Shown here in pieces: positions 29,730 through 39,080 of a stretch of DNA of 64,000 nucleotides. Below the pieces are notes generated by a model. The model was not told where the DNA came from. It searched no databases and saw only the letters and a program-made list of their open reading frames with translations. Origin of the DNA: a virus (lineage: Duplodnaviria > Heunggongvirae > Uroviricota > Caudoviricetes); IMG/VR virus record IMGVR_UViG_3300033485_000006, positions 25,402 through 89,401 of that record; one strand, 5' to 3'. The stretch's first letter is position 1. Each line of letters opens with the position of its first letter. A program made the translations under genes and the position numbers.

Positions 29730-30249
29730 TACATTTCTGCATGCACCATGTGCAACTTAGTCCGCACTTCACGTCTTCTCCAAGTGTATCTGGGCATACA
29801 TACCCAGTCTTAGATTCAACATCCTTACTGTAGTTAATAGATCCATCACTAAGTAGACTGTTATGCACTACAAAATTACTTAAGGCTTTTACTTTAGAGA
29901 AATCAAACTGCTTCATACGCTTAGTGTAAGCGTAGAATATTGTATTTGGATTACTCTCTGCAATCTTAACCCATTTATCAATGTACTCCTGACTATAGAA
30001 CTCACCATCAGCGTGTACTCTAACATACTTGTGGCCTCTACCAATAGCAATACCAAAATCGCTGCTCTTAGAAGCCTCATAGTTTCGTTCTCGTGACTTT
30101 AGCACAGATGGAAAACGCTTTTGTGCTTTGTATGAGTAGCATCCTGGGCATACTCGTCCGCATACTTCAATGCTAGCTGGTAGTGACCATGCACCAATAC
30201 TCTTATCTAACTTTGTATTCCCTGATTGTAACTTACTTTTTACACCCAT
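29695..30249 (-). CDS. putative Fe-S / radical-SAM-like protein
   Basis: CxxxCxxC (CGRVCPGCY) near the N-terminus and a second Cys cluster (CGLSCTWCMQKC). At 184 aa it is short for a full radical-SAM enzyme. Confidence 0.3.
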   Translation of the reverse strand: MGVKSKLQSGNTKLDKSIGAWSLPASIEVCGRVCPGCYSYKAQKRFPSVLKSRERNYEASKSSDFGIAIGRGHKYVRVHADGEFYSQEYIDKWVKIAESNPNTIFYAYTKRMKQFDFSKVKALSNFVVHNSLLSDGSINYSKDVESKTGYVCPDTLGEDVKCGLSCTWCMQKCNEGTPILFKQH

Positions 30250-30251
30250 AA

Positions 30252-30494
30252 CTACATCCTTGAATCATATATAGATAACACGTTCTCACCCTCAACAACC
30301 TGAGTCACAAGTGGTGGTGTTTTATGTATACCGTTAATAACACTGAGTTCATGTACGATACGCTTCTTGTCAGCCTTAACATCATTAAGTTTTACTTCAA
30401 GACTCTCTTTAAGTTTTTCATAAGTAAACCCAAGATTATCCAAGGTTTCCATCAATTCCAATGTTTTAATATCACTATAATTAATCTTTCTCAT
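30252..30494 (-). CDS. hypothetical protein (80 aa)
   Basis: ORF only. Confidence 0.3.
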   Translation of the reverse strand: MRKINYSDIKTLELMETLDNLGFTYEKLKESLEVKLNDVKADKKRIVHELSVINGIHKTPPLVTQVVEGENVLSIYDSRM

Positions 30495-30626
30495 CCCACA
30501 AGTACCTTTCCGATAACTAGAAGTAGTGTTGTAATTACTAATCCTAGTACAACTAGTCCGCCATACACATATAATTTTACTGTACGCTTAGCCTCAGTAA
30601 CTGTTCCATTGATAACATCTTCAATA

Positions 30627-31808
30627 TTAAGCTTCATTTATTAGCTCCTTTAGTAGATTTAATTTTTCTCTATAAACTTTTTGTTTGATTTGCTCAGTAG
30701 TTAATCCTGAACAATCAGTTTTGTGTTTTGTGATAGTATACCACATATTTCTAATATCTAACTGAGAATACACAAAAGGTTTCTTAATACCGTAACGACC
30801 AAGCATATCCGCATAGACTGCTTCTAATACATAACTAAGGAATTTACCATCACGAATACCGAGTAGTAACTTAAGAAATTTCTTAGAGCCTGTGTGACCA
30901 TCTATGACATTCTGCCAACGGTGATGATTTAGGGCTACATACTCAGCAACTTTAAATTCTTCTGATGAGAAACCGTAAGTAGTCCTCATGGTTTCAAATG
31001 CTGGTTTAACCCATTGTTCATCTGAGTGACCATGAAATGTACCAATAGTTTGCTTACATGGTACTTTACCAATATCATGAAATAGTGCTGCAATCTTAGC
31101 AACCTGAGTTTCGCATTGGTCAACTACAAGCATAGTATGGTTAAATACTGAACCTTCCATGTGATATGGGTTGTCATGTTCCATAGATTTCATCTTATAA
31201 ATCTCTGGGAAGAAATCATTAAGAACATTGAGTTCATCCAAGGCTCTAAAGAATACTGAGGGTTTGTCAGATGCTAATACCTTAACCAACTCTTTGTAGA
31301 CTCTTTCTTTTGGCATCGAAGTATATAATAACTTCATATCATTAGCGTATTCTTTAAGTTCATTACTAATAACCCAATGTCCACCAAGTGTACACTTAAG
31401 GCGAGCGGCCCTTAGTACTCTAAGTGGGTCTTCTTTAAATGCTTCTGACACTGGTCTAAGTACTCCTTCAGCCAAATCTTTACATCCACCATAAGGGTCT
31501 ATAAGATTGTCTTCTAAATCCATGGCTATCGCATTGATAGTTAAATCCCTACGCAATAGGTCTTGCTCTAGAGTCACATCATTAGTACCAACTACAAACT
31601 TATCTCCTGATAACCTTTCTTGCCTAGCTAGAGCGTACTCATCGCTAGACTCAGGGTGTAGAAATACTGGGAAATCTCTACCAACCTGAGTGTATCCTAG
31701 TGACAGCATTTCTTCTACTGAAGAACCAACTACAACATAGTCTAGGTCACTAGGAGTTTTGCCTAGGAGCTTATCTCGGATGGCCCCACCAACCCTATAT
31801 ACTTCCAT
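30627..31808 (-). CDS. tRNA nucleotidyltransferase (CCA-adding enzyme) with HD domain
   Basis: Pol-beta-type head motif GGAIRDKLLGKTPSDLDYVV, RDLTINA, and the HD motif FHDIGK. Confidence 0.75.
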   Translation of the reverse strand: MEVYRVGGAIRDKLLGKTPSDLDYVVVGSSVEEMLSLGYTQVGRDFPVFLHPESSDEYALARQERLSGDKFVVGTNDVTLEQDLLRRDLTINAIAMDLEDNLIDPYGGCKDLAEGVLRPVSEAFKEDPLRVLRAARLKCTLGGHWVISNELKEYANDMKLLYTSMPKERVYKELVKVLASDKPSVFFRALDELNVLNDFFPEIYKMKSMEHDNPYHMEGSVFNHTMLVVDQCETQVAKIAALFHDIGKVPCKQTIGTFHGHSDEQWVKPAFETMRTTYGFSSEEFKVAEYVALNHHRWQNVIDGHTGSKKFLKLLLGIRDGKFLSYVLEAVYADMLGRYGIKKPFVYSQLDIRNMWYTITKHKTDCSGLTTEQIKQKVYREKLNLLKELINEA

Positions 31809-32773
31809 AATATCTCCTCAAATTTCTCAGAGTTTCTTTTAACTTTCTTAAGGTAATTTCCGTCTGTCTTCTCCAATGCTGATACACTATCATATAATTC
31901 TTCAAGTTGTTTAAATGCGAATTCAGGTTTCCAGTGTTGCAATCTAATTGATAGTAGTCTTTCAGAAGTTTCTAGTGGAAAACTAATAGTACCATGTGTC
32001 ATTAACTCTTGACATTCATCAAGTACCCTGAATGCATGATACATCGACTTCCAATCTACTAGATTATTTTCCATAGAAGCCTTGGCACGAGTACCGTATT
32101 TGCTTTCCATCTCAATGAGTTTTTCCATAAACTCCGATAGGCGGATATTAGTAATAAATCTTTTATCTAACACTTGGTAATAATCTGTAGTATCATCACT
32201 AACTACTTTAAGGTTTTGGGATACTGGCAATTGGGTGATAACATCCTTAAGCTTATCATTAGTAATCATTAATCCTTGTACTAATGATTTAACTGAAAGA
32301 ATATCGTGTAACTTGTCACCCTTAACACTATACATCTTGACTTGCCCAAGAGCATAACCAAAAAATGAACGAAGCGACTCTGGATAGAAGCACTCACGGT
32401 TGTTGTAGATTTCCTTGAACAACTCATGACATCCTATTTGACAGTGTGAACCATAGGCAAACAAAGTGTCGAATGCATTAGTATCCCCTACTTGTAATAA
32501 CTTAATGAACTTATGCACTGACCATAGGGTAAAATCTTCATCATCACTTGAATTCTTAGAATCTTTACCATTTGAATTGCTAGTCCATTGGTCAATATCC
32601 TTCTTTAATACCAAGTCCTTCAACGATGGTAGAAAGATGCCTCTATAGTCTTTATCAGAGGTTGGTAACTGTGTACCATACAACGTACTTCCTGATATAT
32701 GTAGGAAGATTACTGTATATTCTGGATATAACTCTTTAAACTTTTCTAGTTGTTTCATCTGCTTCCTTATCAT
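31763..32773 (-). CDS. predicted nucleotidyltransferase (Pol-beta superfamily)
   Basis: N-terminal GSTLYGTQLPTSDKDYRGIF matches the GSxxYGxxxxxSDxDxxGV nucleotidyltransferase fold motif. Confidence 0.4.
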   Translation of the reverse strand: MIRKQMKQLEKFKELYPEYTVIFLHISGSTLYGTQLPTSDKDYRGIFLPSLKDLVLKKDIDQWTSNSNGKDSKNSSDDEDFTLWSVHKFIKLLQVGDTNAFDTLFAYGSHCQIGCHELFKEIYNNRECFYPESLRSFFGYALGQVKMYSVKGDKLHDILSVKSLVQGLMITNDKLKDVITQLPVSQNLKVVSDDTTDYYQVLDKRFITNIRLSEFMEKLIEMESKYGTRAKASMENNLVDWKSMYHAFRVLDECQELMTHGTISFPLETSERLLSIRLQHWKPEFAFKQLEELYDSVSALEKTDGNYLKKVKRNSEKFEEILWKYIGLVGPSEISS

Positions 32774-32948
32774 ATTTTAGGTATATCTTAAAATCTCTTT
32801 CAAACTTCACATTACCTCTAATAGCAAAGTGTGAATAATAACATGGGAACTTCTTAGAAGAAGCATCGAAAGGTTCTTTTATGTGGTACTTACAATCATG
32901 GCAAAACTCGTAGTTACCTTTATTTGTTGGTGTCATTTTCTGCCACAC
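32736..32948 (-). CDS. small Cys/His-rich protein (70 aa)
   Basis: CHDCKYH...C...H, a possible zinc binder. Confidence 0.3.
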   Translation of the reverse strand: MWQKMTPTNKGNYEFCHDCKYHIKEPFDASSKKFPCYYSHFAIRGNVKFERDFKIYLKYDKEADETTRKV

Positions 32949-33133
32949 TTAACAGTATGTATAACCTCTTTATTTTTACAGATAAATGTATTTGCGTCTT
33001 CTAATGTATCAAATTTTACTTGTTCTACGCCATCATAACAAACACCCTTATAATAGTTTCTCCAAAAGAAGAACATCCAAGTATACTGTGGGTAATACGT
33101 ATATCCATATTGTTGTATTCTATATTTAGTCAT
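32933..33133 (-). CDS. hypothetical protein (66 aa)
   Basis: ORF only. Confidence 0.3.
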   Translation of the reverse strand: MTKYRIQQYGYTYYPQYTWMFFFWRNYYKGVCYDGVEQVKFDTLEDANTFICKNKEVIHTVKCGRK

Positions 33134-33477
33134 CTATTCTCCAATACCCATTGGCAAGCTTTAAATACTGCTTCTGGTTCAGTATCTGCTTCAATCCATT
33201 GATACTCACAACCATTATTTGAAACTGCCTGAGCACATGGAGTATTATCACCCATCCAACTATTTGTTGAAGTAATACTAAACCCAGCAGTTAATGCCCA
33301 CGCTTTACATTTATGTGTAAGTTCGTAGATATTGATTTCACTGTTATCTACTCGGACATACTCACTCCATGTGACGTCATATTCATATTTATAATGTATG
33401 AGATTATATGTATCTTCAAAATAACACTCAGAGCAATCACACCCAAGAACTTCACTCAACAATTCATTGCTTATCAT
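33130..33477 (-). CDS. hypothetical protein (115 aa)
   Basis: ORF only. Confidence 0.35.
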   Translation of the reverse strand: MISNELLSEVLGCDCSECYFEDTYNLIHYKYEYDVTWSEYVRVDNSEINIYELTHKCKAWALTAGFSITSTNSWMGDNTPCAQAVSNNGCEYQWIEADTEPEAVFKACQWVLENR

Positions 33478-34852
33478 AAATCAATCCTTTAATTTTATCC
33501 ATAACTTCATGTGGTTTACACATAGTTACACCATGAGTTGTCTCTTGGTATAACTTCCAGCGTTTCTTTGCGGAGTACTCGAGGTTACCAGAAATTCTAA
33601 AATCAATCCATAAAGGGGATTGTGTAGTCTTCCATTCTATGAAACGTTTAAGCCTTCCCTTCTGTTGTTCAAGTAACTCCTCGGAGGAACTATTTGGCAT
33701 CAGTCGGATACCTATGGATAACTCTGGAATACTTATACCAGCAGATAATGGTGCGCTACCTATAAGTATATTCATTCTATCTAAATGGATAGCTTCAAGT
33801 ATTACCTGACGCTTCTTCTGTGAGGTTGTACCTCGGATAATACCTACAGTTAACCCTTGAGCTACTAGTAGCTCTTCCAATTTATCCTGAACAGCATTTA
33901 GGTCAGCTATAATCCAGAACGTACCTTTAACATTATTTTCCTTTAGCTCACGACACATTCTAGCGATATCTGAAGGAATACTAGAGCGTAGTATAAATTT
34001 ACCAAGAGATGTTTTATACATATTGGTATTTCCTGGAGATTGCCATGTTAGATGTGAATAATCTAGGAATAGGTGCCGTGAATGAATAACAGTTTCAGTT
34101 GGTTGTTCCATCTCAACAACCTTATTACCAAATAAGTAATTAAGTCCCTGAGTTTGCTTCATCAAATCTTTAGTTGGTGTTGCAGTAAGATACAACTGAT
34201 ACTGTGGCATAAGCGTAAATAACACTTTAAGCCTACTAGAAGTAAAACTATTATCAGCTTCGTCAACTATAACCATACCATAGTATGCCTTACAACTATC
34301 AAGTAGTTTTTTAGAACTATTAAGTAGTTGAAAGGTTGCAATGGCAACATCTGGTAGTTGTTTATCATGGTCGGATGCTTCAAGTATTTTTATGGAGGCG
34401 TCTGGAAGATTCTTAGTCATCTCCTTAAACATTTGTGTCGATAACATAGTTAGATGAGAGAGGATTAAAGTTCGTCTATGTACACCAACTAGAACACCAG
34501 CAAGACTAGTAGTCTTACCAGAACCTGTACCAGCACTTAATAATAACTGCCCATAATCATTACCAGCTAGATGGGTAATAATTTCGCCTACAGCAACCTC
34601 TTGGTAATCCCTGAGGTTATAACTTTGGGCTGTCTCAAAGTCACAATGTGATTTAATTAACTTTGAAGAATCGACTTCATCAGTTAATGGATAACCTCGA
34701 GGAATTACAAGGTATTCAGGACTAATGAAGTATGCAATGAAGTTTTTATTTGGTTCGAAGGGATTGATAAAGGTAAGATTATTTATAATCCCTTGTAATT
34801 TATGGTGGTCTTTAGGGACTTTAAGTGCACCACTAGCGACTATTGAACCCAT
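33464..34852 (-). CDS. SF2 DEAD/DEAH-box helicase (UvsW/Res-subunit-like)
   Basis: Walker A (SAGTGSGKTT), DEAD box (VIVDEADN) and helicase C-terminal motifs (QKGRLKR). Confidence 0.65.
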   Translation of the reverse strand: MGSIVASGALKVPKDHHKLQGIINNLTFINPFEPNKNFIAYFISPEYLVIPRGYPLTDEVDSSKLIKSHCDFETAQSYNLRDYQEVAVGEIITHLAGNDYGQLLLSAGTGSGKTTSLAGVLVGVHRRTLILSHLTMLSTQMFKEMTKNLPDASIKILEASDHDKQLPDVAIATFQLLNSSKKLLDSCKAYYGMVIVDEADNSFTSSRLKVLFTLMPQYQLYLTATPTKDLMKQTQGLNYLFGNKVVEMEQPTETVIHSRHLFLDYSHLTWQSPGNTNMYKTSLGKFILRSSIPSDIARMCRELKENNVKGTFWIIADLNAVQDKLEELLVAQGLTVGIIRGTTSQKKRQVILEAIHLDRMNILIGSAPLSAGISIPELSIGIRLMPNSSSEELLEQQKGRLKRFIEWKTTQSPLWIDFRISGNLEYSAKKRWKLYQETTHGVTMCKPHEVMDKIKGLIYDKQ

Positions 34853-35334
34853 TTGACATCTTCTTGTTGTGGTATACTCATGGTATTACTTATGAGTAGG
34901 CCGTAAGTAGCCTGAAAGTTTGAAATTGTAAATGGTGTTTCAATAATTAGAAGCGTTTCTCTAGCCTTATAATATGAAATTATAGAATTAAGAATAGTCA
35001 TCGAAAATTCTTTATTCTTAGCAGATTCTAAACCTACATCATAGATTAAAACTACAGGTGAATTAGGGTAACCCTCATTATCCCCTGAGTTAAACTTATC
35101 ATCAAATACTTCTGGAAAGCTAATACCTATTACTTTTCTATCCATATCAAACATCTGGTTTACGATAGGTGCGCTAGTACCAGCGACTAATAGTAAACCA
35201 GAGATTGGTGCCCGTGATATTGACTCTTGGAATGCTCTTTGTTTTGTTGGTAATAATTTAGTATCACCCCACGTTTTATCATAGAAATGTTGTGGGATAC
35301 CTAATATACTGAATGCTGATTTAGGTAATTTCAT
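34840..35334 (-). CDS. hypothetical protein (164 aa)
   Basis: ORF only. Confidence 0.35.
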   Translation of the reverse strand: MKLPKSAFSILGIPQHFYDKTWGDTKLLPTKQRAFQESISRAPISGLLLVAGTSAPIVNQMFDMDRKVIGISFPEVFDDKFNSGDNEGYPNSPVVLIYDVGLESAKNKEFSMTILNSIISYYKARETLLIIETPFTISNFQATYGLLISNTMSIPQQEDVKWVQ

Positions 35335-35477
35335 TTAATAAACCTTTAATTCTTTTGAAGTATAATACTTTGGAAAACCAAACATTAACATATAGAGCGC
35401 CCCAAGAAGACTATCTGTATAATAATGATGTACTACATTCTTACCTATAAACCAAAGCACAGCATAGTGTTTATGTC

Positions 35478-35672
35478 TCATTTAATAACCTTTAATTCAT
35501 ATTTTTGAAACCATTTAGAATTATAGTTGCCATTAGTAAACCAACTAACTTCTATAAGTACACCTGAATCTCTAATTAAGTAGCCAATAACTATACCGAT
35601 TAGTTCATTATCATGTAAGAATTTGACTTTTTGCCCTAATTGTGGGTCGTCAATTAGATAGAGTAATCTCAT
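35478..35672 (-). CDS. hypothetical protein (64 aa)
   Basis: ORF only. Confidence 0.3.
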   Translation of the reverse strand: MRLLYLIDDPQLGQKVKFLHDNELIGIVIGYLIRDSGVLIEVSWFTNGNYNSKWFQKYELKVIK

Positions 35673-35995
35673 CCATTACTTCTAAGAGCTGAACAACCTA
35701 TGGTAACACCATAAGCATCCTTGATTGGTCTATGTGTAGCAAGACAATCAGTACGCTCTGGGTATAGATGTTTAACTGCATTTAGTACAACTGATGGTAC
35801 TATATACACTACACCTTCAACTGGCCCTGGTAATCCTGTAATTCTAACATACTCCATCTCAAATACTGGGAGCTGGTCTATAATGCAGACTAAATTTTGT
35901 CTTTGATTTGCTTTTGCCACTTCCATAGCTGGTGGTATTTCTAAACCTAGATGTGGAATATTTAATTTGTGACCTGTTAAGTTTATGAGTTTCAC
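35669..35995 (-). CDS. hypothetical protein (108 aa)
   Basis: ORF only. Confidence 0.35.
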   Translation of the reverse strand: MKLINLTGHKLNIPHLGLEIPPAMEVAKANQRQNLVCIIDQLPVFEMEYVRITGLPGPVEGVVYIVPSVVLNAVKHLYPERTDCLATHRPIKDAYGVTIGCSALRSNG

Positions 35996-36021
35996 TTATC
36001 TCCTTTTTGTTTTTGTTGGTG

Positions 36022-36118
36022 TTAGCGATGGGAATTGAACCCATAATATTATGTCTCTACCATACCAAATGGCTAACCCGAATCGAACGGGATACAACTG
36101 ACCACAGACTAACGTAAA
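36022..36118 (-). other. tRNA-like remnant with two T-arm-like hairpins and a CCA-terminated 3' end
   Basis: The minus strand reads ...CCCGTTCGATTCGGG...ATGGGTTCAATTCCCATCGCTAACACCA. The acceptor-like pairing GTTAG(C/T)C with CGCTAAC is 6/7. I could not fold a canonical D/anticodon arm, and the length is wrong for a single tRNA. Confidence 0.3.
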
Positions 36119-36119
36119 T

Positions 36120-36204
36120 TGGCGGATAGTATAGGATTCGAACCTATAAGAGTGTTACCTCGACAGATTAGCAATCTGCTCACTTACCATTAGTGTAACT
36201 ATCC
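36120..36204 (-). tRNA. tRNA-Ser (anticodon GCU), type II with long variable arm
   Basis: The minus strand reads GGATAGT TA CAC-TAATGGTAA-GTG A GCAGA-TTGCTAA-TCTGT ... ATAGG-TTCGAAT-CCTAT ACTATCC G CCA. It has a 7-bp acceptor, a 3-bp D stem and an encoded CCA. Confidence 0.75.
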
Positions 36205-36583
36205 AATTAAAAGCACACCAAGAGTCCACCAGATAAGCTCCAATGACTCTTGGTATACAAAGCATTCCAAATCCCAATTAAGGGGATAGCTAGGAGTTTA
36301 ACCACATCAGCAGTAGTAAGGCACATACAACATTCTTTCAGTGAACTAACTGTGAAACATACCAAACTAGTACATGGTGTCTCATAAAATTTACATAGCC
36401 ATAGGACTCTCACCTATGGACGATTTAGTATAGTTATTGTGGTAAATTCGGCCATGTTGCGTCTTCTAACCACCCGCTTACAGCAAGTGTAGCACCAACA
36501 TCCCACTCTCTCCTCGATTACAGAACCTGCGTCTATACTCCGCCACTATGTAGGTTACATTATACCTAAAGTATTCTTAAGGT

Positions 36584-37399
36584 TTACTTAGAGTTTACCA
36601 TTGGTTGCGGAGTAGCACCAAGGAATACTTGAACATTATCCTTCTTAGCAATAATATCCAATTGTTTATTCTGTAGGTATTGTTGAGGTGTCATATTCAT
36701 CTCTTGCATATACGCTTTATCAGCTGATGCTGAGGCTTTCTCAGCAACCTCACGACTTTGCTCTGCTTTTACACGAGCCTCTTGTGTTAGAACACGTTGT
36801 TTCTGCGCAGCTGTCTCTAGAGTTGCTGTGATTACAGACTCTGGTGGCATAACTTTACCAACCGAGACATTCACTAGAGTTGTAGGAATACCTTGTTGTT
36901 TAATAAAAATTCGAATCTTATTCGCTACAACTTCTTGTAACTTATTAGCAATTGCTGGGTCTGTTGAGATATCGAACATATGGTATTCTTTTACAAACTC
37001 ACGTACATCATTTCGTAATGGTTGTCGAATTTTAGAACCATACCAACCACCGTTACCATTCTCATCAGAGAGTCCAAACTTCTCAATTAACTTAGGGGTT
37101 TGTCCTTCAATATGTTTGAAGGTCATGTGAACTTCAAAATCAACTGGATTATTATCCTTGGTAATCAAATCTGCAAACTTCTCATCAATACTGAAAGGTT
37201 TAACATTTACACGTTCTACTTGGGTACTCCATACTGTCCAAGTCATACCTGTAGTAATTGGGTCTTTATCAACACCACCATGACCAAAAATCCAAGGCTT
37301 ATAAATAAGTACACCCTCTTCTCCAGCATCAATATTACTAGGGCCAACACAACCTGAAAACATTAGAACCATAAGGCTCATTAACACGTATTTTAACAT
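36584..37399 (-). CDS. lipoprotein (271 aa)
   Basis: Signal peptide with lipobox VLMFSGC, the same MFSGC lipobox as the o-spanin. C-terminal charged helix. Confidence 0.5.
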   Translation of the reverse strand: MLKYVLMSLMVLMFSGCVGPSNIDAGEEGVLIYKPWIFGHGGVDKDPITTGMTWTVWSTQVERVNVKPFSIDEKFADLITKDNNPVDFEVHMTFKHIEGQTPKLIEKFGLSDENGNGGWYGSKIRQPLRNDVREFVKEYHMFDISTDPAIANKLQEVVANKIRIFIKQQGIPTTLVNVSVGKVMPPESVITATLETAAQKQRVLTQEARVKAEQSREVAEKASASADKAYMQEMNMTPQQYLQNKQLDIIAKKDNVQVFLGATPQPMVNSK

Positions 37400-37581
37400 T
37401 CTTTTCCTTTTGTTTTATTATTGGGCTTACTACTAGGATGCCAATTGATTAGTAACTTCTACTCTTTTCTATCGTGTCTTTCTGCTTTGTACCACCAAAA
37501 TGTGGAATCGCTACACTAGCTAGGATACCTAAAACTACTGCTAGAAAGATAACCTCAATAAGTGTAAAACCTTTTTTAATA

Positions 37582-37989
37582 TCAAACCTTTTTCTTATAC
37601 TTTTCTTCAAGATACTCAATAGCTTCTTCTAAAATCTCAATATCAGAGGTATGTATATAGTCGTACTTTGTATTTGGGTTACGGACTCTAGGTAATCTCT
37701 TGAATATAGCTACGAGTTTATCAGCATTTTCATTTTTCTGGTTAGAAACTAGAAGGTCACCAATCATAAAATTTATTGTTCTATCTACAACAGTCACAGA
37801 GGTCTTCTTTGTGATAGCCCAATCATGAAATTTAGTAATCACGTATTTAATTAGCAATAGAATACTCAGTAACTGAGTTAGCTTAAATGCTAAGAAGCCA
37901 ACTATAGCTGTGACTGCGACAGCTAAGGTGTATGCTCCGAGTGTACCTAGGAGCTGTAATAGCTCCATTAAGGGTTGTATTACGTCCAT
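37582..37989 (-). CDS. membrane protein (135 aa)
   Basis: Two or three hydrophobic helices in the N-terminal half. Confidence 0.4.
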   Translation of the reverse strand: MDVIQPLMELLQLLGTLGAYTLAVAVTAIVGFLAFKLTQLLSILLLIKYVITKFHDWAITKKTSVTVVDRTINFMIGDLLVSNQKNENADKLVAIFKRLPRVRNPNTKYDYIHTSDIEILEEAIEYLEEKYKKKV

Positions 37990-38909
37990 TACTTAATCCA
38001 AGACCACTTATAACCACCAGCAGTAGCACGAGACCCGTTACAGCATGCTCTAGTATTCTGTGACCAGATTCCAGTTATAGCCTCAATATGCTGAGCATCT
38101 TTAAACTGCGCTAACTTATTTCCTTGTAGGTCGTACTGTTGGATAGTATTTTTAGTACATTGAGTAGTAACTAATGGTTTTTCCACAAGCACATTCATAC
38201 TTTTATAATAAGAATCAGTTACGTCCTGTACAACTTCATAACGACTACAGCGTAACTTTGAGTCATGATAATCAGAAGGAATAGATACTACATCTCGTGG
38301 ATTAATCTTAACGACTACAACTTTATTATCAGGGCTACCACCAAAATGCTTTAGGTATGAGAATGAGCAGGCATGTAGTCCAGCGCTGCAAGTTCGTGAT
38401 GAGTCTTCATCTACCATGTTACGTGGCATCTCGCAGATAGACCCAACTGAATTATCAAATGTGCCACTATGAATATCTTTGAAGTTACGGTCAACTTTCT
38501 TATAACATAGGAAGTTTCCATCATCTGTTAAAGGCATTTGACCAACTTCGAGGAACTTATATAACTCTTTAACAGCTCGATAACTTGGGTTATCCATTAA
38601 GTTATCAAGGAACTTAATAATAGGTTCAACTGGTAGGTCTAACTCCATAAACTCTAGAACTTTATCGACCCCGTAGTTTTCAAGTAGTGTATCTTTATAG
38701 TACACATTACCATTCTTTACAACAATCTTTGAGTTACCAAAAGTATTAATTGAAGTGGACACATCAGATAGTTTAATAACTTTATCAACATCACCTTCTT
38801 GTACTGCTTCAATAATGCTTTTGAAATTCGCATGAGTCTTATCGACAACTTTTGGTAGACCATTAATCAAGACAGTTAGGCTGCTTGAGGTTAGTGTATA
38901 TGGTATCAT
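37989..38909 (-). CDS. rIIB: rIIB-like protein
   Basis: The C-terminal region (TFDNSVGSICEMPRNMVDEDSSRTCSAGLHACSFSYLKHFG...INPRDVVSIPSDYHDSKLRCSRYEVVQDVT) closely parallels T4 rIIB. Lies directly downstream of rIIA. Confidence 0.75.
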   Translation of the reverse strand: MIPYTLTSSSLTVLINGLPKVVDKTHANFKSIIEAVQEGDVDKVIKLSDVSTSINTFGNSKIVVKNGNVYYKDTLLENYGVDKVLEFMELDLPVEPIIKFLDNLMDNPSYRAVKELYKFLEVGQMPLTDDGNFLCYKKVDRNFKDIHSGTFDNSVGSICEMPRNMVDEDSSRTCSAGLHACSFSYLKHFGGSPDNKVVVVKINPRDVVSIPSDYHDSKLRCSRYEVVQDVTDSYYKSMNVLVEKPLVTTQCTKNTIQQYDLQGNKLAQFKDAQHIEAITGIWSQNTRACCNGSRATAGGYKWSWIK

Positions 38910-39080
38910 TTGTTTTCCTTTATTTTTGTATAGTTACTTGGCTAAATACTCGTGAATCTTCTATAGCTTCCGCTTCATCCCAAGAGCCATAATCGGTCTC
39001 ACAATAATCATTATATGCTTCAATACTAGCAAATACTCCTACAACACAATCCCAACCTAATTCAGTATCTGTCACTACGA

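Noticed and set aside
36207-36250. The hairpin accaagagtc...gactcttggt followed by a T-run on the minus strand, considered as an intrinsic terminator upstream of tRNA-Ser.
   Set aside because: The 18-nt loop is long for a canonical rho-independent terminator, and the U-tract is interrupted. Not called.
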